64,000 nt of DNA from Gnetum montanum. Its lineage: Eukaryota; Plantae; Gnetophyta. How positions within the stretch are numbered: the first letter of the stretch is position 1; every line of letters starts with the position of its first letter. The notes beneath the pieces were generated by a model. It ran no database searches and was not told the DNA's origin. It saw only the letters and a list, made by a program, of their open reading frames with translations. The DNA is taken from contig MNCI01000986.1 of assembly GCA_015680685.1 (NCBI GenBank), positions 668,372 through 732,371 of the forward strand, read 5' to 3'. Positions 51,123-63,400 of the stretch are shown here, piece by piece. The position numbers and the translations under genes were made by a program.

Positions 51123-54100
51123 TCAATACTTCACGCTGTTGTGGGTAACTTTACTACGATTGTGATAAGGTTGGAAACCGTGTTTCAAAGCTGCCTCCCA
51201 CACCTGCAGTGCAGTGGAGCTGTTGATTGGCTTTTCGCATTCATGGTATCTCCATCCTTCCAGCGCATGCACTATTCCTCCAACCCTCCAGGCGCTCATT
51301 ACTCTCCTGGGCAACCAGTTCTGATAGTATATTTCAGGTCAGAAGTTTTCCTAATCTGCAGATGAAAAATTACATTCACGTGTTTGTACCTCGCAGGAGT
51401 GCAGGTTTTCTAGGTTACTTGGAACTTTCATGGCAGGTGTGGTCTCGTAAATGCAGTCACGGCGGTTTCCCAGCAACGGGAAGCAATACAGAGGCACAAA
51501 CCTGGTGCCCATTGCTGCCCTCATCTGCTCGGACTTGCCGATCGGATTACCCACTAGCCATATCTGCATCATTAATTTAAGATAAGCAAACAGTTGCACA
51601 ATAAACTTAACTAGTGTTTGAAAAGGAAGGAAAATTTCTTAATTCATTTTATCTTTGAATTTTGAAAAAGACGAGATTACTTGGCAGTCCCTTCCCTCTT
51701 TCAAGCTGCTCGCCTGTAATAGATTGTGTTGAAATTTGGTAGGGATACAGCCTTGGATCTTCTTATAGTGCTCAACCGACTCTTGTAAGACCTGTTAACA
51801 AAAGTCGCTACTGATCGACTGCATAAAAAATTAAAGATCGAAATGCATGCCCGATTGACGGTTTTGCTTGGGCAGAATGCAGACCTGGATCCGGATTCCT
51901 CTTTCACAAAGAATAGTGACTATTCCAGTTTCCAGCCTGGTTGCTCCTCCAGGGATGAGGAACACGTGTTTTTCTTCTTCAGGAATGGAGTTCACCACCC
52001 AAGCTGCTGCAAGTGTGTTGCCCTCAGCCAATCGAATTCTCAGGTTTTCGTGGCGCTTAAGGAAGAGAGTTCCTCCGTCGTTGACATCCTGCAGTAAAAA
52101 ACAAGTATTCTTTTTCGCTAACTTCTCTTGGCATTTTTGAGATAATTCAGTTGGCTCTTTGAATTTCAGGGATTGAGTGCATGCCTTGTTGAGTAGGCCT
52201 AGGCTGAGGACTTTTGCCCCTTTTCTGTCGGCTTCCAAGATCGCTTCGTCAATCAGGCAGTTGAGCTCTGATTTCTCAGACTGCTGCTTATACTGCGATA
52301 GAAATGAATTGTCCGAATCAGTCAATTAAGCGAATGAATTACACGTATCATCAAGCTTCAACATTCCGTTGTCCATACACATTAAAAAACAAACAAGAAA
52401 ACAGGAATACGTCGGCTACAACATTCCGATGTCCATACACATTAAAAAACAAACAAGAAAACAGGAATACGTCGGCTCTCAACTACGGCTCTCAACTAGA
52501 CCTGAGAACTGTATCTGGAAATAACCCATGTTTGCATGCGAAGATCATCCATACGATTCTTCTCGGATGTGAAAGTCTTTCCAAACGCTGTAAGCACAAG
52601 CTTTATTCCGTAACCCAAAGGCCAGAGCAGCCATATGTACCATCTTGGGTAATAGGGACTGGCTGCAAATGATTTAAAGCCTAATCGAAGGTGGAATATC
52701 GAGAGAGGCCCCGTTGGGTGCGTCAGGTAAACGTAGTCAACGTTCTCGTCTGTACCTGTTACAAGTTACAGTGCGTCAAACTCACGGAGCGTTAGATTCT
52801 CATTTACAACCGAAAATCCGTTCCTCAAATTCCAGGGGACTTATCTTGTTCCCGTTATATTTAGCAACTAGTTATAATTTTCGACTTTATTCATCACCTT
52901 TGGCAGCAGCTTCAAAGAGACTGTCAGACGACTTGTCTACGGTTCCATAGATGAAGTCATAGATTGGCATGAAAAGGCAGAAGTTCGTGTTCACTTGAGA
53001 GTGGTGAAGTGAATGGAACCTGCAGCAAACATGAAATGTAAGTTCATGAAAAATCATCACGCTGGAACTGGAACAATATTTCAGAGCGCAGATGCTTACG
53101 AAGGTGTGTAGATCAGATATTTGAGAGGTGGAAAGATTTTAAACAGTTTGGGAGGGAAGAACTCGAAGTTGCAGTGCCCCATATTGTTGACAAAATCAAA
53201 CCAGTTCATGTAGATAAAGAGCAATCCAATGGAGAATGTTCCTGTAAAGTATGCAGCTAAGGGTCCGGCAGAAAATAACGATAAATACATCAAATGCTCC
53301 GCAAACGGATGCACAACCGCTGCCCACAAACAAGAACCCAGAAAAGATAAAGCGAGAAGTTCATTAGAAACATTTCAAATTAAAAGCAGCACAAATGTTG
53401 AGGGCAGTGTTTGAGAGGAGATGGCAACTTACAAGTGATAGCTTCCGTGACAAAAGAGGAATGGTGATGTGAATGGTACCAATTGTAGAGCCAGTGATGA
53501 TGAAGTGCTCTATGAAGCCAGTAGTATAGGAATTCAACAGGACCAGCATGCGCTAGAAATACAATGACGAGTCCGTTTGTGTTCCACCATGGTATGTCTT
53601 CAGAACCAACAAGTACTACCCTCAAAATTGCTAAAGCAATCGTGTAAAGCAGGATGAAATCGTCCCTGCAAATAAACAAGGGCCGGATTTGAAATAAAAT
53701 CTTCGAATATTTGCCCATTCCAGAGCAAAGCTCAATGTTTTCTAAGAGCAAAGCCTGTGAGTGACTCTCTACCATGTTGTCTCTCTGTCTACTTGTTCGA
53801 ACTTGATACTCTTGGCTTGAATTTGATGCCGACTTCTTGCGTTTTGGTAGCGAGAAATGGTAACCCAGAGCTGATTATGCAATAGCCTTACTACGGCGAA
53901 TACCAGCAGCAACATAGAAGTGTTTTTCCATTTCAGCTGCCCATGTAATGCTTTGTAGCCAACATCCACTACTAGGGGAGATAGCAGCAAATACTTCATG
54001 AAAAGGAAAACCCACAACAAAATCCCATGAGGGTGATTGGACCCAAAACATTAACTTTAAAACAAGGATAAAAATAAAAATAAAAACAGAAGGAAAACAG

Positions 54101-54449
54101 GTCTGGTTAATCGAATCACAGGCATGACCATGATGAGAGTTTTTCATATTAGATGGAAGAAAACAGTCTCTATGTAACACTGATCGATTGAGTATCCACT
54201 GACCCATTATAGACAATCCCAAGAGGCCAAAAACGTAGCTAGAGAAGAACAGATTATGCTTAAAGAAAAACACCAACAAATCTAGATATTGTAAAAATGC
54301 ACGATAAACTTTTTCCGACATCCTGTGAATTCATATGATATTCGAGGACCGAACAACTAAGTTTTAAAATCTAGATTTTGGTTTCATACCTTAAATCCTC
54401 CGAGGCATTCCCATGGCCATTTTGAGAGAGGTCCTGGTTTGGTCGCCAT
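51123..54449 (-). CDS. CER1: ECERIFERUM1-like very-long-chain aldehyde decarbonylase (cuticular alkane synthesis), 11 exons, 634 aa
   Basis: Exons 54390-54449, 53773-53993, 53433-53665, 53100-53319, 52898-53019, 52502-52755, 52185-52292, 51885-52088, 51681-51791, 51390-51563 and 51123-51320 join to a 1905-nt ORF. It starts MATKPGPLSKWPW, has His clusters HRALHHH, HSHHH and HSLHH, and a WAX2-type C-terminus NWLPRRVMSAWR. Confidence 0.95.
52359..52477. repeat. 60-bp tandem duplication in CER1 intron 6
   Basis: CAACATTCCG.TGTCCATACACATTAAAAAACAAACAAGAAAACAGGAATACGTCGGCT occurs twice. Confidence 0.95.
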
Positions 54450-56234
54450 GAACGAAGTCTCTACACGCTCATTAGGCCGCTAAATCTTGCTAGAGTGTCG
54501 CTGCTCTGCTTGATGTAAAGAATAAACGTCGTCCCGTTAAATATCGCCACTGAGACGCCATTCCATAAATGTATCCGTTCGATCGCCAACAACCCACCAA
54601 CTTGCCACGTAAATTAGGCATTGATGTTATTATCTTTTGCATTCATTGCAATATTAGAAGATTCCCTGGTAACAGTTGAAGCATTATGATATCAGGGCCA
54701 CATGAAGCACCTTTGAACGTTCTGACAGACTCTCAGCCTCAAGTCACATCACATTGTAAAGTTAACAAAGCCTGGCATTGAAACCTTAAAACCTATGCAT
54801 CAAGGGAGATGAGAATGTGTTGTCATTTGGCCGTTAAAACCTAATAACCTATGCAGCAAGGGAGATGAGAATACGAAAAAGTAAAAGAACTAAACGTGAG
54901 GTTCTTCTTGTAAGATATCTAAAAGTACATAAAAAAGAAAGTTTTTTATTATTTATGAATTTATATAATATGTCATAAATGTAATAGTTTCTAGCATAGT
55001 AATATAGTTTGATGAATATTTTAGCAGGATGATATAATTTCTTAGCACAGTGATATAGCTTCGTTTTTCACACCTACTTGCACATTGTATTTTGATAGCA
55101 GTTTCTACCACAATGATATAGTTCCATAGTTTTTGCAATGAAAAAGTGTTTTCATTGTGTATTTTTTTCATTTTCAATACATTTAAAATGTACCTCATAT
55201 CATTGAATGTGCCTCATATCATTTCTCGTATATTGAAACTCTTGTTTTTCTTTTAGTACGTTTGAAATGCACCTCACATAAAAAAAAAATGCATCATACC
55301 TTAGAACCTATCACTGTTGGCCTAAAAAAGCCCTTACGATCACCGCAAGTTATAGTTGCTTAAATGTGTGGCATGTGAGGTAATGCCCCGAAAATTTAAA
55401 ATTCCAGTGATGCTTTCATTGGAATTTTCAATGCAAGAACCAGCAACCGCTGCAATGCTTGACTGGCTTGCAAGAGAAAGCATGTCAGAGCTATCTGATC
55501 TAAACAAACGTGAAGCAACCTGCAGGCAAAGTCTGCATCATCAGGTTGTACCAAAATTTTAATATTTCGTAAACTTCAAATACTTTGCAGATACAAAAAG
55601 ATAGACGTGCGTGTTAATTGTTTTTTCCGTGGAACGCCAAACCCCATGATGTGGACCTGGCAGGAATGACAAGGCCAGTTTTGTTTACGTAAATCGTTGA
55701 GACGTTTACGTTGGAATGTGCATGACAAGTGGCGTTTCTCTTTCATAGGGCCGGCAAGGTCTGAACTTCGTACACGCGGCCAAGCCACTTTAGTGGGAAT
55801 GAATGACTTTCGACGCATGAGAATTGCATCGGAGAAATCGTTATAAATCGTAATCTAAATTAGATTGGAATCGCTATTATTTATTTAAATTGACGTGCAT
55901 TCTCGTAATATTTTCTTTTCATAATTTATATTTTTTTAATTTTAAACTTTAATTTACATAAAGTTTTGTGCCGAAAAGCTCATATTCCTATTCTGTGTTA
56001 GAAACTGCAAAGTGAATAATTAATTAAAAAATACTATTATATACCATACTTTTCGTAGAATCCGATTTCAAATCACAAATCGACTACAATTTTCATGCGC
56101 GATTAATCATAAATTTCTCACAGCTGCAGAAACAGAAGGGAGCACTTAGTTGTACTCGCGTTGTCCCAAAACAGAAACGAACGTTTAGGGCTCACAGCAG
56201 CCCAGCAAAAACGCGCCGTGGTACATCAAAATTT

Positions 56235-57200
56235 TAATAAGATTGCGCTTCTCTTGCGTGGTCAAATGGAACTGTTCGTGTCACACATAAAGATTGCGGT
56301 TCTCTTGCGTGGTCAAATGGAACTGTTCGTGTCACACATTAAAATTTTCTGCTGCTCCATCCACCCATGCAGCTACCCACTGGCCACTACACATTTGCAC
56401 CTGCAAATAATCTCTACTGTATACTGATGATTTCATTTACCCGAAAACATCTCATGAGATGGGTAATGCAGTGTTTTCAGGATACTCCGAAAGCCGTAGC
56501 ATACTTGCTTGCGATTACATTCCGAATATTCCGAAAGCCGTAGCATACTTGCTTTTCATGCGATTACATTCCGATAGCTGTAGCACACTTACACTTGCCT
56601 TGTTTTAGTTCAGCTGTATCCATCAACACTGCATTTTAGTTAAGAGGTGTGTTTCTGTGACTGCATTTTAGTTAAGAGGTGTGTTTCTGTGACTGATGGA
56701 AACATAGCGACACGTTGCAGTCGTCTTTATATCATTGGTAAATTCGTTACATTGTCATATAATCCAGCTCAAATCCATGCACGGATTCTTGTTGTCCGTC
56801 ATTAATTCTGGGTCCTACTTCATTAATTCTGGGACCATATTTACAACAAACATATATACATATATCTTTCATTGGTGGGTCCTACTTCATTAATTCTAGA
56901 ACCATATTTACAAGCAAGAAACATATATACATAAATTCGTTGTAATTTCATTGGTAAATTCGTTGCATAGTCATATAATCCAATCAAATCCATCCACGCA
57001 TTCCAATCGTTCGTCATTAATTCTGGGTCGTACTTCATTAATTCTGAACCCTGTCTATATTGTACTTGGAATAGGAAACAAATTTGTTGCATAGTCATAT
57101 AATCCAAAAATTTCTAGCTCTAATCCATCCACGCATTCATTAATTTTGGGACCATATCTATAGTGTATTTATTTCGATGGTAAATTTCATTTTTCTAAAG
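56235..57200. repeat. cluster of short tandem duplications upstream of CER1
   Basis: ~52-bp pair (56237-56340), ~43-bp units (56480-56590), 32-bp pair (56629-56694), and CATTAATTCTGGG.../AATCCATCCACGC units (56730-57190). Confidence 0.85.
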
Positions 57201-57714
57201 TAGTCTGCAACATCATACCGTTAGGTAACGTCATTATCATAGATCTAGTACTATATATGTTAATTGTAAATTTCATTTTTTAAAGTGGGTTTTAATGGAA
57301 CATCATCAGTACTTAAACCTTGTTATTATATAGTAGGTGTGTTTTTTATTTTTTTGGGAAAACGTGATGGGTGGTAGGTGGTAGGTGCATTTATTTTAAT
57401 GATAAATTTCTTTTAATTTTTTTTTGGGATAAGTGGGGGCTATAAAGCATTGGAACCCCAAAATAATCAAAACATAGGTACACTCCAAGATATATAGTCC
57501 ACGTAGAACTTTATAACTCACTATTTAGCTAACACCTCATTATTTAGCTAACTTTATAACTTTATAACCTATAATTTAGCTAACACCTCATTATTTCATT
57601 ATTTTAAAGTGGATTTCAGTACCATGACATAATTAAGGAATGTCATAATTATATATCTATATCTAGTAGGTATATATATTTAAATAGTAAATTTCATTAT
57701 TTTAAAGTGGGTTT

Positions 57715-58077
57715 TGTTGACGTCAACACTCCCATGCTCTCATGGGGCCATGATTATCAACATCTCTATTTCTCTCTCCTAATAACCACAGTAAAAATCA
57801 TAGATCGGCAATGTCAACAGGACCAAGGAAAATTCATTTCTTTTAATTACTTATTGTATTCTCTACTTTGAGATAGTTATTCAATTTGAATTCAAATTCA
57901 TTCACTTTAAATCTTGATTTCTTTAGTTTGGTTTACTATTTTCAAAACCCATATAGCCCTCTCTAGCTGAGACTATTCTTGAGTTTCCGTACCCATACGG
58001 GAGGCGCCCTAGGCAATAGTCTCCTAAAACAAGTTTTCTTTCCCGATGTTGGTGTGACCAAAATTTATGCATCAATA
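57715..58077 (+). mobile_element. short solo LTR related to 48713-50031
   Basis: TGTTGA...TCAATA termini and TSD GGTTT/GGTTC. Shares the first ~35 bp and last ~120 bp with 48713-50031. Confidence 0.8.
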
Positions 58078-58189
58078 GGTTCTAGTACTATACCATCAAA
58101 GAATCTCATCATTATTTTGTATCTCAATAACTTCCTACATGCTAGTTATCAATAAGGGTATCATTATTTTGTAAGAAAGCTAAACGTGC

Positions 58190-60456
58190 TTATCAAAAAG
58201 GTAAGGGCAAAATTGCTACAATAGAGGAAGTTGTGGGAACTGAATCAGATGATGATGGTGGATGTGACATTTACCATTATGAACATCCTAAGGGATGTTA
58301 TTTCATTGTGTCACACTTACAAGAGTCTGGGGTGTATGCCTTGAATCCACAACTAGCACAATTGGAAACACCTAGAAGATTACCTTATCCTCAAGGAAAT
58401 TCTAGGTAGTTCCACTAGCAACAACAATATTATCCATTGCAACCATATGAGTAGTATTAATAATGGCAACAAAAATAGTTATGGGCGTCGGCATTGCCAA
58501 GGTAGCAATACCCTTACAAACAACTTGATCCATATGGGTATTACATTTAGCAACCTTTGTCTCCACATGACTCTTCTAGTCATGTTTTCACTTTTTAATC
58601 TCACTACTACCCTTCTAAATATTATTGGACTCATTCTCCACATGCAAAGAGAGATTGGATCTTTTAGCCTTATCCTCCTCCTATTCTTGCACATCTTCCT
58701 CCATCCTCAACATAGCTACCACTTGCCTCATCTATGCAAGGTGAACTCCTAGCTTAACCACAATAGCACAATGTCACCAAGGTCATTAATCTACAACCAA
58801 TTCCTCAGTCGAGTGGTTTAGATACTCAATCAAAGAAAAGACCTTTCTTTTGACCCAATAGTCTACCTAAGCCCTCACATACACATGCGGTTGACAACCC
58901 TATTTCTCCATCTCCCTCTATATCAAACTCTTTTGAGTTTCCTTCAAACCAAATTCCACCTTAGATCCATACTATTATGCTTACTTATGTCATATCTAAT
59001 TGGATTTGGGCTAGCAACCTTCCCAAGAAATTAGTAGATCCTAGGAGTTCTTTTATTTATTTGTAGATTGCTTGGAATGAACCATTCAAAGCTCTTCTTG
59101 ATTTAGGTTCCAATGTCAACTTGATTTCTCATGAAATGTATGCTGCATGGAAGCTACCTACTCTTAAGAAGAGCATTATCATATTAGAATTCCATTGGGA
59201 CATTATGACCACTATCTATAGGTGGTCTTATCTTGCGGATTTCCTAGTAATCAAGATGGAGAATTGCAAAGGAGACTTTCCAATCATTATGGGAAGAGCA
59301 TGGCTAAGCATCATTGATCAAGAATGGGCATCATAGATCTTTCCCTAGAAATGTCTAAAGAAAATGCATCTAGGAAGATCGAGAAGAAGCAAGTTCCATG
59401 CATAATGTACAGTGATACAGGGTGCAATTGTGTGCAAAACTCTAGTCAATAAAATGAGCATCTATCTCTCCATGCAAGCAGTGTGTACTAGAAGTATATA
59501 TTCAAAGGTGTTTGTATGTAGTAGCCACAAAACAAGAGGGCACCCAATGATTAACCATTGATCCTAAAAGTAACACACTTTGCATGGAATTGATTGAGAG
59601 CCTGTCATGCACATATGTCATAAAAATGTATGAATTAGAGCCAGTTCATCACCAACTCTCTAAAAATGCAAATGATGATACCTATTTGTGAGAGTTGGAA
59701 ATTCTTGAAAATTTCAAGCAAGAGCCCCTTGAATTAAAAATTCTACATGCCAACATGGAATGTATATTCTTAAAAAATGGAAAGCCAATAATAATCAATG
59801 CAAATATTGCTCTAGAACAAAAATAGATGTTGTTAAAAGTGGTTAAAAAATGGTCAATAACCTTTGCTTGGTCATGTCCTAAACTCATAGGGATTGATCC
59901 TCATATATGTCAGCATCGTATCTACACCAACCTGGCTGTGAAGCTAAAGAGGTAATCATAGAGGTAATTGAATTCCAAATTGAAGCATATCATCAAGGAG
60001 GAAATTGAACAACTCCTCAAGACAAGGTTTATTTATCCCATTATAGATAGTGAGTTGGCTAGCCCACTTGTGATTGTGCCAAAAAAAGATGGCAAGTGGC
60101 AATTATGCATCGATTTTCAACTACTAAATATGGCAACATTTAAAGACCATTTTTCATTGTCATTCATTGATTAGGTGTTAAACATAATATTTGAGCATTA
60201 CTACTATAGTTTTTTGGATAGTTATAGTGGCTATAACCAAATCTAGATAGCACTAGAAGACTAGGCCAAAACAACATTCACGAGTCCTTAGGGAACTTTT
60301 GCATATCGTAAGATACCTTTTGGTCCATGCAATACCCCTACTACTTTCCAATGCCTAGTCCTAAACATTTTTCAATAGTTGATCGGTAGAGGTGTAAAAG
60401 TCTTCATGGATGAATTCTCCACCTATGGGACTACATTTGAGCAAGCCTTGGATTGC
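58190..60456 (+). mobile_element. Athila fragment (gag C-terminus, protease, RT N-terminus)
   Basis: KALLDLGSNVNLIS, GDFPIIMGRAWL, ASPLVIVPKKDGKW and VFMDEFS; homologous to 31200-33480. Confidence 0.9.
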
Positions 60457-60459
60457 CTA

Positions 60460-63400
60460 AAGCTGGATGCACAGCCCCCATTGGTGACTTTCAACGTCAA
60501 CAGCAGAGGCCCCCAATCCGATGGGCTGAACGGCTCCAACGACACTCTGAACAACAACATCAACAGCAGTAGCATCAATAGGAGGATCTTCAATGCTGGC
60601 AGTTCTTCCTTGGGTGTTTCTGGTCCTGGTTAGGGTTCATCGGGTGGCCAATCTTCAAAATTTAATTATGGGGTTTCTTTAAAACCCCAACACCCAGCAC
60701 AAAATTATCCCTCAGCTGGGCTAACTTTGTTTCTAATTTTTGTTTTAATAAATGCCCCCCCTCCCCACCCTTGTATTTTGGCTAGCAATTTTTTCCACGT
60801 TGCTGGAAACCCTTCTCCTAACAACGTTGGACCCCCTTCCCATGTTGCTGACCATGTTGCCCAAAATTACATTGTTTTTCCTAGCAACGTTGCCCCTTCC
60901 TCCCGTGGTGACAACAATGTTGCAAAAAATAAAAATGATGTACCTTGCAACGTTGGCCACCCCTCCTATGATGCTAACCACCTCCACTTTGTTGATGTTA
61001 ATCCTCTTAACGGTGGACTTCCTAGGACCCATGATGATTTCTTCCTCCACTCCTATTGTCTTTGGGCAATCGCTTTTGGTATTTGCCCAAAGCAACCTCC
61101 ATCTAAATCATCATTCCCCCTTTGCGCAATCTACACTACTGCCTGTACCGTCCGAAATCGTCGGTCTCCGACTGGAAGGAAACAGAGGCCGTGGGATCAT
61201 AGGACGTGCACAGAAGACCCTACCTTCGCCTAAGGGCGAGCTGGAATGAATGAAGGTAGAGTACCTTGGGTGGTCCACACGCGGATCAGACAAGGATTTC
61301 CCCGCACGTACACCGAAGTGCTATACGCTGGGTTATACGTAAACGGCGTAACGGGCGTAAATCAGAGCGTAAACAGCATAAACGATGCGAACAGAGCATA
61401 GACGTAAACAAGCGTAAACAGAATACATGCAAGAATTAATGCAAACTGTAAACAATTGTAGGAAGAAAATGTAACAATGGCATTACAGAATGAAAGTACA
61501 ATGCACCGGTCTAACGCAGTTGTGACTGGAACACAAGGCGGACGAAAAGCCCCTGTGGATGCAGGGATGATTGTGGCTGGTTCACACTGTAAGCACAACG
61601 TAGAGGCTGTATGCTCAGCGTATAGGGTTGTCTAGTGTAAGAGGTTTTGTGCTCTAGTTCTCAGTGTCTCTGCTCTTTGGTGTGCTCTGGGAATTTGCCA
61701 ACAGACCTGGATTTCGTGAAAAATTGGGATTTTATACAGGTTTTGACGGCAGACTCAGGTTGGACGACACGTGGCGCGTTGATCGGGTGCAAGGGCATAA
61801 AATTTACAAGTGTACAATATGTTACATTTGCTGGGCGTATATGCTATCTGCAACGAGCGTAGACTGTGGGCGTATACTCTGGAGGTGCTGGGGCGTATAC
61901 ACTGATGTGCTGGGCGTATGCGGACTTAGGCGTAGATGTCGTGAATGTTGGCGTATATGCTGATGGATGCTGGGCGTATACGCTGGTGTGCTGGGCGTAT
62001 ACGCTGATGTTTGCTGCCTTGTACCAAATCTTGTTCTGCAGTGTTGTTTCCATGTTGTCTCCGAGGATCTTATTGCTAGGCATATGCATCTGTTGTACCT
62101 GCTGGGCGTACATGTGAGGCGTGTACGTTGGGCGTATGCGCTGTGAACTTGAGCGTACACGCTGGGCGTATACGCTGAGATTTTGAGCATATACGCTGGG
62201 AATGTACACTGGGGCATATACGCTGAGCGTATACGCTGGGACTACATACTTAGTGAAAATTAAGCATCGGATCTCCAAAGTTGCCAAGTGTGACACCAGA
62301 TGTAGCTGTGGTCATTTGTGGATCCCAGGGACCTGCTTGGTGTTGGACAAGTACTAAGCCTAAAATTTTTGTGGTGTTTCACCGCCAAATCCCTCCACCC
62401 ACCAAACTTTGGTCTTAACTCACCAAAGGTTGCCTCCCCTCCTTTTGAGGTTTCATTGATTGACCATCACCGAGCTCGCATGCGCCGTAATTTTTTGTTG
62501 CCCGCCATCAACCAAACCGCATATGCTTGCTTTTTTTTCGTGAAGAATTTCAAACTTCAAGATCCATAATTTCTCTTCGCGAAATCTCTCGGCAAGCGAA
62601 ATTAAAATCTTGGGTTATGGGCTTAAGTTCATCCCAAGACCACTCCCCATGGATCGTGGTTTAATCCTTAAAGAATTCGTCATGTTTGCAAGGCTTTAAA
62701 GCTTTGGAATTTTTTCAAAGATAAAACCGAAGAAGATTTTTCTTCTTCTTCACTGTTTATCTTCGAAACCCATGTTGCCCACATGAAACTCTAACGTGCT
62801 AGCAAATGGAATCCAACTCCCAGCTTCTCAAACCCGGTTCTTGATAATTGCATTCACGAATGCCTCAGGTCCCTTAAAGCTGCACTTCCCTCCCTTGATT
62901 TTCGCTGCCGCACACCTCTGCCACAACGTCTCCTTGGAGCCCTTCATAAACTCCAAAAAGACTCCGGCATCGTCATCCGACCCACGGACAAAAATCTTGG
63001 TGTTTGTGTTTTGGATTCCTCCTGGTACAATGATGAAGCTACCAGGAAACTTTCTGATACGGAGGTGTATTCGCGTGTGGATTCTATCGATTGGGATGTT
63101 CTTTGCAGTCATCTCTTGGGGATCATTGATCGGTTCCCTCAGGTTTTTAAAGATTTTAAGGATTCTCTGCTCCATTGCAAGGCCCCTAAACCCTACAATT
63201 TCTACCTTATCCCTAAAATCCACAAACCTATTCTGGTTGGCCATCCCATTTTTTCCTATACGGGTTATGTTCTTGAACCCGCTTCTCGCCTCCTCCACTA
63301 TTTTCTATTCCCTATTCTATGCTCCCAACCTTATCATCTTCAAGATTCATCATCCTTGATCCGTGACCTCCATGCTAAGGTCCTATCGATCAATGTCTTT

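Noticed and set aside
53875-54321. 148-aa minus-strand ORF as a separate gene
   Set aside because: Mostly CER1 intron 1 plus an alternative frame of exon 2.
61647-62296. AYTPS-repeat ORFs
   Set aside because: Translations of LTR subrepeats (GCTGGGCGTATACGCTG).
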